Source of the DNA: Octopus vulgaris
Lineage: Eukaryota
Direction of reading: 5' to 3'
DNA: 64,000 nucleotides
Assembly: GCA_951406725.2 (NCBI GenBank)
Contig: OX597829.1
Location: forward strand, 50,716,001-50,780,000
A model generated the notes under the pieces. It was not told the origin of the DNA. It searched no databases and saw nothing but the letters and a program-made list of their open reading frames with translations. Positions 1 to 13,799 of this stretch are shown here, one piece after another. How positions within the stretch are numbered: position 1 is the stretch's first letter; the number at the start of each line of letters is the position of its first letter. The translations under genes and the position numbers were made by a program.

Positions 1-69
1 ATCAACTTACCTCCTCCTCTCCCTCCAGACTTCATTACTTTCTGCCTATAATAGAAAAGAATTATTAGC

Positions 70-1005
70 TGTTCAACTTTACTTTTCATCCTTTCAGGGT
101 TGATAAAATAAGTACCAGTTGAGTACTGAGATCGATGTAATCGACTATTCCCCCTCCCCCAAATTTCAGGCCTTGTGCCTATAATAGAAAGGATTATTAT
201 TATTGTTATTATTATTATTATTAGTAGTAGTAGTAGTAGCTGGCAGAATTGTTTGCATGCTGAACGAAATGCTTAGCGGTATTTCGCCTGTCACTATGTT
301 CTGAGTTCAAGTTCCACTGAGCTTGACTTTTCATCCTTTCAGGGTCAATAAAATAAGTACCAGTTGAGTACTGAGATCGATGTAATCGACTATCCCCCTC
401 CCCCAAATTTAAGGCCTTGTGCCTATAATAGAAAGGATTATTATTATTGTTATTATTATTATTATTATTAGTAGTAGTAGTAGTAGCTAGCAGAATTGTT
501 TGCATGCTTGGCAAAATGCTTAGTGGTATTTTGTCTGTATCTACGTTCTGAGTCAACTTTGCCTTTCATCCTTTCGGGGTTGATAAATTAAGTACCAGCG
601 AGTACTGGGGATGATGTGATTGACTATCCCCCTCCCCCAGATTTCAGGCCTTGTGCCTATAATAGAAAGGATTATTATTATTGTTATTATTATTATTATT
701 ATTATTAGTAGTAGTAGTAGCTAGCAGAATTGTTTGCATGCTTGGCAAAATGCTTAGTGGTATTTTGTCTGTCACTACGTTCTGAGTCAACTTTGCCTTT
801 CATCCTTTCGGGGTCGATAAATTAAGTACCAGTTGAGTACTGGAGATGATGTGATTGACTATCCCCCTCCCCCAAATTTCAGGCCTTGTACCTATAATAG
901 AAAAGAATTACTAGCAGCTTATATTTAAGGTGGTGAGCTGGCAGAATCGTTGGCATGCCAGGCAAAATGCTGATAAGCATTACACTCATTTTCATGTTCA
1001 GAGTC
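70..1005 (+). mobile_element. Head-to-tail cluster of about 5 SINE family C copies separated by (TTA)n(TAG)n
   Basis: The body gcctttcatcctttcggggtcgataaattaagtaccag and tail aggccttgtgcctataatagaaagg recur at roughly 240-bp spacing. Confidence 0.85.
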
Positions 1006-1109
1006 CAAGAAAATATCCAGGTTAGTCAAGTTTGAGGAGCGTGAAGGCCAGTTGACATTGCTGTAGCGGGAGATTATTCTCTCTCCAAAGCACTGCCGTA
1101 GCAACTGTA

Positions 1110-1540
1110 TTGTCTCTCTTGTGGTATGAGCAGTTGCCCCATCTTACTGGAACTATGTGTGAGGTCTACTTTGAATGGCCTTCACGTTCCCCGGACTTAA
1201 GTAGCCCAAATTTTTTCTTGTGGGGACACCTGAAAGAGAGGGTTTACATCAACAAACTGGAGACCCTGGTGCAACTGAAGGAGAACATCAATAGACAAAT
1301 CAGAGAAGTGGGGTCTGAAACTTTTGAGGGTCTAAAGTTTGGAAAGAGCACAGGCATGAAAAACCAAAAATGGTTGCCATTTAAGTGATGTCATTTTTCA
1401 TATGTGATGTGGTAGTGTTGCAAAATTTGACCATTTCCATTATGTCCTTTATATTGTATCAAATTTTCGTGCATTTATTTCTAAAGTTAAGGAAGTTATT
1501 AAAAATTGAAACCCATCAGTGACTTTTGGGACACCCTGTA
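1110..1540 (+). mobile_element. Tc1/mariner transposase C-terminal relic (rosa/DD41D-like) with right TIR
   Basis: WPSRSPDLSSPNFFLWGHLKERVY motif; ends gacttttgggacaccctg|ta. Confidence 0.8.
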
Positions 1541-1577
1541 TGTGTGTGTGTGTGTGTGCATGTGCATGTGCATAAAT

Positions 1578-1978
1578 CATCATCATCATCATCGTCTAAC
1601 GTCCGTTTTCCATGCTAGCATGGGTTAGACGGTTCGACCAGGGTCTGGGAAGCCAGGAGGCTGCACCAGGCTCCAGTCTGATCTGGCAGAGTTTCTACAG
1701 CTGGATGCCCTTCCTAACGCCAACCACTCCATGAATGTAGAGGGTGCTTTTTACGTGCCACCGGCATATGTGCCAGGATAGGCTGGCAACAGCCACAAAT
1801 GGTTGGTGCTTTTTATGTGCCACCTACATGGAAGCCAGTCAAGGTGGCGCTGGCATCAGCCACGTATGGATGGTGCTTTTTACATGCCACCGGCACAGGT
1901 GCCAGGGTAGGTTGGCAACTGCCATGAACGGTTGGTGCTTTTTACGTGCCACCGGCACGGAAGCCAGTCACGGTGGCG
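1578..1978 (-). mobile_element. RTE LINE 3'UTR fragment with ~60-bp subrepeats and (GAT)n tail
   Basis: ggatgcccttcctaacgccaaccact motif and (CAT)n; the same UTR is joined to RTE coding remnants at 4140-5200 and 63085-63663. Confidence 0.8.
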
Positions 1979-2010
1979 TTATATATATATATATGTATAT
2001 ATATATACAT

Positions 2011-2304
2011 GGAGGCGCAATGGCTCAGTGGTTAGGGCAGCAGACTCGCGGTCATAGGATCGTGGTTTCGATTCCCAGACTGGGCGTTGTGAGTGTTTAT
2101 TGAGCAAAAACACCTAAAAGCTCCACGACACTCCGGCAGGGGGTGGTGATCCCTGCTGTACTCTTTCACCACTCGTTCTCTCTTTTTTCTGTTGGCCTGC
2201 TCGCTTAGCCAGCGGGGTGGTGTCATTCGAAGGCTAAAACAATGCGAAGCGCATTGTGACCAGCGATGTGTAACAACATCTGATGGTCTGGTCGGTCACG
2301 TGAT

Positions 2305-2311
<7 letters not shown>
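2011..2311 (+). mobile_element. tRNA-derived SINE family A, tail type A1
   Basis: A box TGGCTCAGTGG, B-box-like GGTTTCGATTCC; ends cacgtgatcacgtgat; second copy at 5816-6128. Confidence 0.85.
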
Positions 2312-2363
<52 letters not shown>

Positions 2364-2810
2364 TAAATGTATGTATGTATATTCTGGCAAAGATGGTGGT
2401 GGTGGAGATTCCCTATTTTAAGAAAGAATTGTGTTATTGAGTTAGATTTTTTACTATTTGCAGCAGCGTGACTGATCACAGAGTAAGAGGGAAAAGAGAA
2501 AGAGGAGGGGAGAGAGGGAGAGAGAGAGGAGAGAGGGGGAGAAGGAGAGAGAGAGAGACTCCCTCATTGGTGTGTTGATAAAGATAAACTCAATGGAATC
2601 TAAAATTAGATTTTCTATGAATCCATGTTTCCTGTAGATGAGGAATATTCTACATAATTTCCTTGTAATTATGTGCAATATTCCGTGAGAAAAATTTAAT
2701 ACAGAACAGAAACGCTTGAAAAATAATTAAACATTCATAAATTAATTTCTTTTTTTCGAGAATTGCTTGAAAATAATTTTCACTAGAAAAATATATACTC
2801 ATACAGAATC

Positions 2811-2974
2811 ATGGCTGGGTGGTAAGAAGTTTGCTTCCCAACCACAGAGTTCCAGGTTCAATCCCACTGCAAGGCACTATGGACAAATGTCTTCCTCTAT
2901 CGCTGCAGGTTTGACCAAAGCTTTGTGAGTGAATAAAGCAGACAGTAGACAGAAACTGGAAGGAAGACTGTTGT

Positions 2975-2975
<1 letters not shown>
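2811..2975 (+). mobile_element. SINE family B, 5' part
   Basis: Matches the head of the full copy at 17891-18305. Confidence 0.75.
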
Positions 2976-3012
<37 letters not shown>

Positions 3013-3088
3013 ACACAAATCTCTGTTTTTTTCTCCAAAAGCATTAAATGACAGGACTCAATGCAAATGTAGAGTATTCGTTAATATG

Positions 3089-3470
3089 TAGAGGTGCAAT
3101 GGCCCAGTGGTTAGGGCAGTGGACTCACGGTCATGGGATCGCGGTTTCAATTCCCAGACCGGGCATTGTGAGTGTTTATTGAGTGAAAACACCTAAAGCT
3201 CTATGAAGCTCCAGCAGGGGGTGGTGGTGAATCCTGCTGTACTCTTTTGCCACAACTTTCTCTCTCTCTCTTTCTTCCTGTTTCTGTTGTACATGTATTT
3301 TCAAAGGGTCAGACTTATCACATTCAGTGTCACACTGAATCTCCTCAAGAACTACGTTAAGAGTACATGTGTCTATGGAGTACTCAGCCACTTACATGTT
3401 AATTTCACAAGCAGGCTGTTCCGTTGATCTGATCAACTGGAACCCTTGTCATTGTAACCGACAGAGTGCC
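3089..3470 (+). mobile_element. SINE family A, tail type A2
   Basis: Same tRNA-like head as 2011 but a different 3' half; flanked by attcgttaata / attctttaata. Confidence 0.85.
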
Positions 3471-3630
3471 ATGATTCTTTAATACATTATAACTGATACT
3501 CAGAGTTGCTCATTTCTGATCATCAACTGGTAAACTGAGCCTCTGGTTTTCTTTTGAATATCCACTGTCTGAATTCTTTAAAATATGAAATGAAAGTTCA
3601 AAGGAAATACTTATCCTGATGTTCTTTTGT

Positions 3631-3862
3631 TTAACCCTTTAGCATTCAAACCGACCATATCCGTCCTAAATATTCCATCTGTTTTGTGTTCAAACTGACC
3701 AGATCCACCTTCTTGTACCTACCCCACAATGTCATTCTAAAAGTATAACAATTGCATCATCAGAATCTCGAAGCTATGAGATAATGCATGATTAATTCCA
3801 AAAAAAATGTGAATGAATAAGGATTACATTTGACAAGAGTAATCAGAATGCCGGAGGGTTAG
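3631..3862. mobile_element. piggyBac-type MITE
   Basis: ttaa|CCCTTTAGCATTC ... GAATGCCGGAGGG|ttag; imperfect TIRs with TTAA-like flanks. Confidence 0.6.
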
Positions 3863-4139
3863 AAGCCTTTGTGAGCAACACATATGAAAATGGTTGCTTC
3901 AAGCTCACATTTTTGCTCTTCTGTTATTTTTCCCTGAGGTAATGTGATTATTATGTCATAAATTCCATTACAAGCGAAATCATGAAATTGTGTTGCTCTT
4001 TAAGCAATGTTCCAAAATAATATTTTTAAATAATGTTTTCCAAAAAGCGATACACTGGGTTTTCATTTTGTATGTGCCTATGCAGATGTATACATATACT
4101 CACAGACACACACACACACACACAGATATTTATATATAT

Positions 4140-5200
4140 CATCATCATCATCATCATCAACATCATTTAACATCTGCTTTCTATGCTGGCATGGGTTGGA
4201 TGGTTTGACTGAGGGCTGGCAAGCCAGAAGGCTGCACCAAGCTCCAATCTGATCTGGCAATGTTTCTACAGTTAGATGCCCTTCCTAACGCCAACCACTC
4301 CGAAAGTGTAGTGGATGCTTTTTACATGCCACCAGCATGGAGGCTAGTCAGGCAGCACTGGCATCAACCATGCACGAATGGTGCTTTTTACGTGCCCCTG
4401 GCATGGGAGCCAGTCAGGCAGCACTAGCAATGACCATGCTTGAGTGATGCTATTTCAGTGTCACCAGTATGGGACCAGTCAGGCAGCACTGGCATCGACC
4501 ATGCTCATATGGTGCTTTTTACATGTCACTCTCACAGGAGCCAGTTTGGTGGCACTGGCATCGACCACGCTCGAATAGTGCTTTTTTATGTGCCACCGGC
4601 ATGGGTGCCAGTCAGACAACACTGACATCGGCCACAACAATGATTTCACTTGACTCAACAGATCTTCTGAAGCACAAGATATTGCCCAATGATTGAAGGG
4701 TGCCTTTAAATGGGCCAGTTATGTGACATTGGCATAGGCCATGGCTACGGTCTCACTTGACTTGTCAGCTCTTCTCAAGCACATCATATCTTCAAAAACC
4801 TCAGTTGCTTGTCATCACCTCCGTAAGACCCAATATTTTTAGCCCATGCTTCACCACCTCATCACAGGTCTTCCTGAGTCTACCTCTTTTACAGATTCCC
4901 TCCATTTCTAGGATGTGACTCTTTTTCACACAACTGTCCTCATCCATATGCAACACATAACAGCGCAGTCATCTCTCTTGCACACCACATCAGCTTCTTA
5001 TGTCCAACTTTTCTCTCAGGATGCTTACACTCTGTTGTGTATGCATACTGACATTACACATCCAGCGGATCATACTAATTTCATTTCTTGCAAGCTTACA
5101 CATGTCCTCAGCAGTCACAGCCCATGTTTCACTGCTGTGTGGCATGGCTGTTCGCACACGTGTCATACAGGCTACCTTTCACTATGAGTGAGAGGCCCTT
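4140..5200 (-). mobile_element. 5'-truncated RTE LINE (degenerate ORF C-terminus plus 3'UTR)
   Basis: Degenerate RGRPRKTW-region homology near 4860-4900; 3'UTR subrepeats; (GAT)n tail. Confidence 0.8.
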
Positions 5201-5214
5201 TACACTTACTAAAA

Positions 5215-5520
5215 TAATATTCTGTATGCCTTTATCTCTACTAAATAATAGATGCAGATATGTTACCTAAGATCAATTTTGAGGATCTGATCAAAGATTT
5301 TGCAATTCAAAAAAGTAGGAGGAAACTTTTCCAATATAAATAAAGTGGAAAGAGACAAAAATAAACATTATTTTTCCCTTTTACTGTTTTGTTTTGTTTT
5401 GAAAAATAAAAATTTATTTTATGGTTTGTTATTGTTTATATTTTGAATTACATAATCTTTTATGGGGGCACCAAAATCTTTTAAGTGCTTAGGGCTTCGA
5501 TGGGTCTTAATCCAGCCCTG
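5215..5520 (+). mobile_element. hAT (Tip100-like) transposon 3' end
   Basis: Encodes DMLPKINFEDLIKDFAIQKSRRKLF, like the hAT C-terminal dimerisation end; TIR ttaatccagccctg. Confidence 0.6.
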
Positions 5521-5815
5521 TATATAGGGAGCTTTCCCTGGATGCTATCCCACAGCAAATTGGCATAAAAGCAAAACACATACATCATGAATGTGTGACA
5601 GATAGTTTGTAGTATTAGAGCTGCTTTTAATTCAGAATTTAATATAAATGGAAGAAGTGAGAGAGAGAGAGAGAGAGAGAGTAAAAGGGTCTACCTGTCT
5701 GTGTCATACAGTAGAGAGAGTGAAAGGTGTGTAGTCTCTCACATGAGCTGCTTCTTCCATTGGCACCGAAATGAAAGGAGGAAGGACTGAATTTGGGTTC
5801 TATACATGTACGTGT

Positions 5816-6128
5816 GGAGGCGCAATGGCCTAGTGGTTAGGGCAGCGGACTCACGGTCGCAGGATCGCGGTTTCGATTCCCAGACCGGGCGTTGTGAGTG
5901 TTTATTGAGCGAAAACACCCAAAAAAGCTCCACGAGGCTCCGTCAGGGGGTGGGGAGGTGATCCCTGCTGTGCTCTTTCACCATACTTTCTCCCACTCTT
6001 TCTTCTGTTGGTCTGCTCGCTTAGCCAGCGGGGTGGCGTCATTCGAAGGCTAAAACAATGCGAACGCATTGTGACCAGCGATGTGTAACAACATCTGATG
6101 GTCTGGTCGGTCACGTGATCACGTGATC
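5816..6128 (+). mobile_element. SINE family A, tail type A1
   Basis: Near-identical to 2011-2311. Confidence 0.85.
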
Positions 6129-6877
6129 ACATGTACGTACATGCATGTGTAAGGACTGGTGCCAATTTGAAGAACTAGACCCCTCAAGATGTTGCCTTGG
6201 GTTAGTCACAGACAAGTATAAGAATAAAAGGCTGAAGACATTTTTTACCATCAACAAAAATTGCTTATCAGCACAAAAAAAAACAAAAAAATCAAAGACT
6301 TTCTATTATTAATTGGTTTTCTCATTCTTGTAGGCATCATACTATTAGCCAATCAGTGATGTTGTCACAAGAGTATGCTGACCTTTATAGAATGATTGAC
6401 TAATCTCAATAGCTGTATTGTAATGTGGTTTAAGAGCAACACGTTTGCAATAACGCATAGTCAGCAGAATTTTAATTTTCATCAAATTTTTGCTAAATGC
6501 ATGATTTTTGTTTTGTTTTTGTTTTTGTCCCCCCCCCCCCCCCTGCCGCCTTCTGTGAAAAACTGTTTTATCACATTCAATAATGACAGCAGGAATTGAT
6601 TTGTGAACTTCTCAACAATGCCAATGAAATTCTGTTGCAAAGAAAATGAAATAGTCGCTGTGATCATGAAAGAGTTGGGAATTAATTTTTACAATGTAGA
6701 ATCAGGAATTTTGCTATGCAACCAACAAATTCCAATTCCAGCAATTACCAGAGTTGTTAATCAGCAGTTTTGTGATTATATCAACAAAACTTTTTACTAT
6801 TTGCAGCTGTAGGACCACGGCCATGATGGAGCAACACCAGCAGTTATTTTTCGGTTTAAAGTCTGATACTTATTTTT

Positions 6878-7165
6878 GAAGGCACATGGCTGAGCGGTTA
6901 AAGAGTCAGGCACACAATCACAAGGTAGTGAGTTCGATTCCCAGACTGGGCTGCGTGTTGTGTTCTTGAGCAAGACACTTTATTCCACATTGCTCCATTT
7001 CACTCATCTGTAGAAATGAGTTGCGATGTCACAGGTGCCAAACTGTATCGGCCCTTTTGCTTTTCCCTTGGACAACATCAGTGACCTTGCCTGGACTTGT
7101 GCCTTGGAAGATAACTTTCTAGGTGCAATCCCATGGTCATTCACGAATGAAGGGGGTTTTTACCC
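6878..7165 (+). mobile_element. SINE family D (tRNA head, tgtgttcttgagcaagacacttt core)
   Basis: B box GAGTTCGATTCC; other copies at 17183, 53458 and 62603. Confidence 0.8.
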
Positions 7166-7779
7166 TAGGGGGTCTTTACCATTTACTTATTTTATAAAGC
7201 ATTTTTTACAGAACCACAAAGCTGCACAGATGTAAAAAGAAAACAATAATGGTGATGTAGAGAACACACAAACAAACATATAGGTATTAATTGCTGGTAG
7301 GGACACTATATTTTGTTATGCAACCACAATATACAATCAAGTATATTAAAGGCTTGTAAGTCAGTACTATGCTTCACTTACGTTAGCAGTGCTATTAATT
7401 CGTTTTTTGAAGTTATCTCTACAGGTTTGATACTCTGTCCTACTTGTGTTAGCAGTGGAATTCAATCAGTTCTTAAAATTACCTCTACAGGTTTTCTATG
7501 GAAATTAGAGCCAGTCCTGAAAGTTACATTTCATATATGAAAACATCTAATGCAAACAATGCAATCAAAGACAGTAAAAATAGGTGATGGGTGTATATAC
7601 ATATTTCAGGAATTGTTGCTCCTTCTTCAGTACCACATCCAACCCATTAACCATCCACAAATTTACTGATTAAATAACCACCAAATATAATGGTGTAACA
7701 TGATTGGCTATATTAATTTTAGGCAATAAACACAGGAGCCATAAAAACTACAGATACTCAGGAAATTAATTTTCTCAAC

Positions 7780-8890
7780 TGCCTTGGAGGCTCTTTATAG
7801 GTAGTAGATAATTTCTTGCTACCTAGGAGACCAAATTAGTAGTGGAGGAGAATGTACAGAAAGTGTAATAGCTAGAATAAGCATAGGATGGAGAAAAATT
7901 GGACAGCTTTTATATCTGTTGGCAAACAAAGGTCTCTCTCTCTCTCTCTCTCTGAGTGAAAGGAAGAATGTATGATGCAGGTATATGAATAGCAATTCTT
8001 CATGGTAGTGAGACGTGGGCCCTGAATGCAAGAGGACGTGTGAAGGCTGGAGAGGAATGGTGCTAGTCTGCTTTGCTGGACATGAAATGTATGTGTACAT
8101 AGGCAACAGAGTTCTAGTATACCTATTTCTTTACTACTCACAAGGGGCTAAACACAGAGAAGACAAACAAGGACAAACAAACGGATGAAGTCGATTATAT
8201 TGACCCCAGTGTGTAACTGGAACTTTATTTAATCGACCCCGAAAGGATGAAAGGCAAAGTCGACAGCGGCGGAATTTGAACTCAGACTGTAGCGGCAGAC
8301 AAAATACCGCAAAGCATTTCGCCCGGCGTGCTAACATTTCTGCCAGCTCACAACAGAGTTCTAGTATACCAAGAGAAAATTTGCAGTGTGCAAGAGAGAA
8401 GACTGTGCTGATCACATGATGTGGATGGATGTAGACAACTCCATAAGTGCTGCTCACTCAAAGTGGACGGAACTCAAGGAATAGGGAGACCCAAGAAGAC
8501 GTGGGATGAAGTACTGAAAGACAATCTCAGGACATTGAACCATGCGGAGGCGATGAGAAGGGACTGAGATATCTGGCGCATTGCTGTATTCAAGAAGACC
8601 CATCGTCTACAGCAGAAGTGGTGATGCTGCTCCTTGTACTGAAGACGATTGGCCTACAAGAGCCCTGCCAGCACCACATAGAAACATCTGTGCCAGTGAC
8701 ATGTAAAAAGCAATCAGCAATCTCTGTAAAGTGGTTGGTATGAGGAAGGGCATCAAACAGAAAAAAAACCCAAAAAACAAGCTAAGTCAGACTGGAACTT
8801 GCTGTAGCTGTCCTGCTTGCCAGCTCTGGCGAAACCGTCCAATCCATGCCAGCATGGACAATGGATGTATGATGATGATGATGATGATGT
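7780..8890 (+). mobile_element. 5'-truncated RTE LINE interrupted by a SINE
   Basis: Remnants ISSGGECTESVIARISIGWRK and GRPKKTWDEVLKD, then 3'UTR and (GAT)n. Confidence 0.8.
8124..8350 (-). mobile_element. SINE family C (tail A) with 20-bp TSD
   Basis: TSD caacagagttctagtatacc at 8104-8123 and 8351-8370. Confidence 0.9.
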
Positions 8891-8966
8891 TTCCTGGCAA
8901 CTGGTACATACACATAAATTTCAAGTATGGACAATGTATTTCATCATGCAACCATAATATATGTGG

Positions 8967-9029
<63 letters not shown>

Positions 9030-9179
9030 GATAGACACACACACTCACACATACATACATATATACAGAGAGTGTTTTGGAAATTCCTTGATACAGTTAT
9101 TTGGAGAGAAGATTTTTTTTCTCAAAGAGTTAAGATTGAGAACACAACCTTTTTAGAAAGTCGAAAGACACTCTCTCTG

Positions 9180-9186
<7 letters not shown>

Positions 9187-9272
<86 letters not shown>
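9187..9272. repeat. (TA)n microsatellite
   Basis: Direct reading; one of many in the window. Confidence 0.95.
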
Positions 9273-9275
<3 letters not shown>

Positions 9276-9757
9276 TGTATGTATATACATATACACACAT
9301 ACACACACACACACTCACATACATGCACACTCACACCACTCACACACACATACATGCCTGTTTCAAATCCCTATACATTTACTGTTTTAACCAACTATTT
9401 TAAGACTTTGTTGCCAACACCAACAATCACTACCAGATAACGCCACTTAATCTTTTATTTTTCCTCACTTATCTCTCTCTTCTCTATCTTGATAAAGAGC
9501 CCAAGCTCAAAACATTGATATTTTTTTTTTCCTGTTCTTTACTACAGATACATTGACTTCACATTTAATTTTATTACTTTCTTCTACTATAGTAACGAGA
9601 TATTATCTATGTATGTATTTCTGTTTATACTCTCCATAAAATTTAATTACTTTCCTGTCGCTTTGCAGAAAACAACCCTGACAGCAAAGTAATATCATTA
9701 TATTTGTCATAGATTTCTTATATCAAGGCAAGAGACCACTAAATATATATGGTGTAC

Positions 9758-10280
<523 letters not shown>

Positions 10281-10644
10281 GACGTAGTTCTAAACTGCAT
10301 TTGGTATTGGGGCTCTGATTTGAAAGTTCCAGGGTTTTGAAGAGTTTGGAACCACCCCTTAGTTTCAATTGTTGCCAGGTGTGTTCTGATTCAGAATATT
10401 AGAACTTGCCAAAATCTCTGCAATTGGTAGAAAACAGCATGGTAATAGAATCCACCAGGAGTGAGGTAACCCTAGCTGTTATCACAACATCCTTCTAGGA
10501 GCAGGGCCCTTTGATGCCAGACCCACAGTTTCACATGTTTATTGGTCATCTCACTTCAGCCTGTCACTAGGTGCAAGGAGATGGTAATCATCTACAAAGA
10601 TGGAACAATCACCACATATTTTTTTTTTAGTTCATAAACCCAAT

Positions 10645-10795
10645 GTACAAAGGGCTGCTGAAAAGTTGCTAGTTTTAGGTGGAAGAAAATACAGGAGGAT
10701 CAATTATGATTTTATTCATCATATTCCCCTCTCCGATTCACATACTTATTGCAGCAGTCCTTCAGTTTTCCTATGTCCTGTCAAAAAACTCCACC
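10645..10795 (+). mobile_element. mariner-derived MITE fragment
   Basis: Homologous to 23102-23835. Confidence 0.6.
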
Positions 10796-10937
10796 TGTTA
10801 GTGTATATATATATATGTATGTATGTATGTATATTGTATAAAGGATCATGGGTAAGGCCAGAACAATGCAAAGTAAATGCAAGGCAACTCTCAAGAAAAC
10901 AAATATATGAATTCATGCAGACTTACCTTGCATTCAA

Positions 10938-11169
10938 AGGTGGTGAGCTGGCAGAATCGTTAGCACACCAGGTGAATTGCTTAGTGGTATTTCGTCTGCC
11001 GTTACATTATGATTTCAAATTTTGCCGAGGTCGACTTTGCCTTTTATCCTTTCGGGGTAGATTAAATAAGTACCAGTTAATCCCTAGGGTCGATGTAATC
11101 GACTTAATCCCCTTGTCTGTCCTTGTTTGTCCACTCTATGTTTAGCCCCCTGTGTGCAATAAAGAAATA
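10938..11169 (+). mobile_element. SINE family C (tail A)
   Basis: Runs from ggtggtgagctggcagaatcgttagc to aataaagaaata. Confidence 0.9.
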
Positions 11170-11339
11170 AATATTTCTTGAAAATGGGGTCATTACCCCA
11201 AAATACTGAATACAAGGTAATTCTACATTAATTCATATATTTGTTTTCTTGTGATTTGCCTTTTACCCACGATCCTTTATACAATATATTCTACACAATG
11301 CTTCATCGTAATTATTGCATTATAATATATATATATATG

Positions 11340-11545
11340 TGACCGTGTGTGTATCGTTGGCAATTTTTTTTCCTCCGTCTTCCCTTCCTTGGATCTTTCC
11401 TTTTTCTATGTTTCTGACGAAGAGCTCCACTCAAATCGTTAAATGCTCCTTCTTTCTTTCATTTCCTGAGCGTCCAATTATACTATACTTGTTCCACGTC
11501 CTTGCGTTGTTGTGTTTTGTCTTTGTGTTTTCATGTTTGGATTAA
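11340..11545 (+). mobile_element. Penelope-like pseudo-LTR remnant with degenerate minimal HHR
   Basis: ctgacgaagagctccactcaaatcgtt; homologous to 41840-42030. Confidence 0.55.
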
Positions 11546-12096
11546 AAGTAATTTGCATCGTAGATTTCTTTTTCCTTTCAAATTGCTTTCTTTCCTACAA
11601 TTGTATCAAAATGGACACCATAGAGAATCTGGCAAGTTCTGGTATTCTGAATCAGAACACACCTGGCAACAATTGTAGCTAAGGGGTGGTTCCAAACTCT
11701 TCAAAAACCATAGAGTTCTGACCATGCAACTTGTGGATATTTTCCATCAGAAGGCTGCTTGATGAGTTTGTTTATGAATATATGCACGTGAGTGTGTAGA
11801 TACCTCTGCGGAAATGTTCCTATATAATCTCACCTGTATTCTTTAGCTCAACTTTTCTATTATATTCTCTGTTATCATAGTATAAATGGTAATTACACAC
11901 ATCCGATTATATAACCATTATACAGCATGATGTATGTATGGATATATGTATGTATGTTCTGTTATTTAAATTCTTTCTTTGAGGAAGGAGCTGGTTTCTA
12001 ACAAAGATTACAAAGCTCCATCATTGGAATGTAGATGACAAAAACAACGTCACATTTTAAACTTGAGAGGAGTCTTGCATATTCTTATTATGTATA

Positions 12097-12414
12097 AGGT
12101 GGCAAGCTGGCAGAAACGTTAGCATGCCAGACGAAATGCTTAGCGGTATTTTGTCTGCTGTTACATTCTGAGTTCAAATTCCGCCGAGGTCGACTTTGCC
12201 TTTCATCCTTTCGGGGTCGATAAATTAAGTACCAGTTAAGCACTGGGGTCGATATAATCGACTTAATACCTATGTCTGTCCATGTTTGTCTCCTCTGTGT
12301 TTAGCCCCTTGTGGGTAATAAAGAAATAGGTATTTTGTCTGTCTTTACGTTCTGAGTTCAAATTCCACCAAGATCGACTTTGCTTTTCATTCTTTCGAGG
12401 TCGATAAATTAAGT
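12097..12414 (+). mobile_element. Nested or dimeric SINE family C
   Basis: ggtattttgtctg is duplicated at 12145-12157 and 12329-12341. Confidence 0.85.
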
Positions 12415-12804
12415 ATGCATGCATGTATATATGTGTGTGCATGCATGTAAGTATGCATGTGTGTATGTGAGTGTATGTATATGTGCGTACGTGTGAGTGC
12501 ATATGATTGTATAATTATGTGTGTATATGTGCATGTGTATGGATGTATGTATTAATCATATAGTGTGAGTTAGGTTTAAACTGGGTAGAAAGTAACCAGT
12601 ATCTAGAACTTCATGTGTATTCCTGTATATCCAAAGGAAAGCCGTGGAAAGGACTACCGTTATTTTTTTTAGTTCCATTTTATTGGAATCTGCAGCTGTG
12701 TAGGTCACAGAGTACATGTAGAAAATAAAATAAAACAAATAAAATAAACCAAATTGTTTATATGATATTGAGTTGAGTCAAAAGTTTTGTAATATTTGCA
12801 TAAG

Positions 12805-13015
12805 TGGAGCAAACTGGTAGAATCGTCAACAGCCCAAGCAAAATGCTTAGCAGCATTTCATCTGTCTTCGTGTTCTGAGTTCAAATTCTGCCAGGGTCAA
12901 CTTTGCCTTTCACCCTTCCAGGGTTGATAAAGTAAGTATACCAGTGAAACACTGGGTTTGATGTAATCGACTTACTCCGTTCCCCCACAAAAATTGCTGA
13001 CCTTGTGCCAAAATT
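12805..13015 (+). mobile_element. SINE family C, older copy
   Basis: ttctgagttcaaattctgccagggtcaactttgcctttca. Confidence 0.75.
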
Positions 13016-13799
13016 TGCATAAGTGCTAGTTTGTGGCATGTAGATCATGTGACCAAAGCAGTTCAAGCTGTGGAAAGTACTCACTGTGAGTACCATATGT
13101 AGTTTGAAAGCTTCACAGATGAATGTGAGGTGTTGCTTAATTTGGGAAATTGTGCTTTACAAGTTCAAACTGAGCCATAACGACACAGAAGCAACTTAAA
13201 CTATTTGTTGTGTAAAAGGTGAATGTGCAATTGATCACAGCAATCAAATCATTTGAGAAATTTCACATGAGTTGCAAGAACCTCAACAACCAGGCATAGT
13301 CAGGTAGGCCAAAAACCATGGATTCTAAAACTGTGTTCCAAGCCATAGAGACAAATCTGGTGAGTAGCACTTGGAGAATATCAGGAAGGTTTGATATTTT
13401 ATAGATGTATCCCATTGTGTGGTAAGAATACCCAGCATTGGTTAACAGAAAGTGAGCTCTTCTATAGTTAATTCCAGACCATTCAAATGATCCAGAATAA
13501 ACTCAAGAAACTTGAAGGAATCAAACTGATGCCACATCCAACATATAATCTGGACCTAACTCCTGCCAATTATTAATTGTTCTGTTCAATGGCTCACCTC
13601 TTTGTGCTTGTGACACTCCATCAATCAAGAGTAGGTGGAAGTTTTGGTGAAGGAGTTCTTCGCCTCATAAGACAAGAACTGGTATCAACATGGGGTCAAA
13701 GAATTGGAAGAAAGGTGGCTTCAGACAGTGCAGCACGATGGTCTCTCCTTTGAATGCATTCTCTGCTTTTGTTGTAACTTGACAAATACTCTATCTCTT

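Larger units (their letters stand above)
10331..11709. repeat. Nested inverted repeats (outer arms ~10331-10420 and 11623-11709; inner arms ~10831-10936 and 11207-11287)
   Basis: ttgaagagtttggaaccaccccttag vs ctaaggggtggttccaaactcttcaa; atattgtataaaggatc vs gatcctttatacaatat. Confidence 0.85.

Noticed and set aside
2011-2085. tRNA gene (also other SINE heads)
   Set aside because: A/B boxes are present but there is no convincing cloverleaf, and each head continues into a SINE body.
10515-10565. Minus-strand hammerhead-like CTGAAGTGA...GAAAC...GTC
   Set aside because: Core spacing is wrong and stem I is not convincing.
10921-10930. Strong minus-strand splice donor (AG|gtaagt)
   Set aside because: It lies inside an inverted-repeat arm next to a SINE, with no plausible exon.
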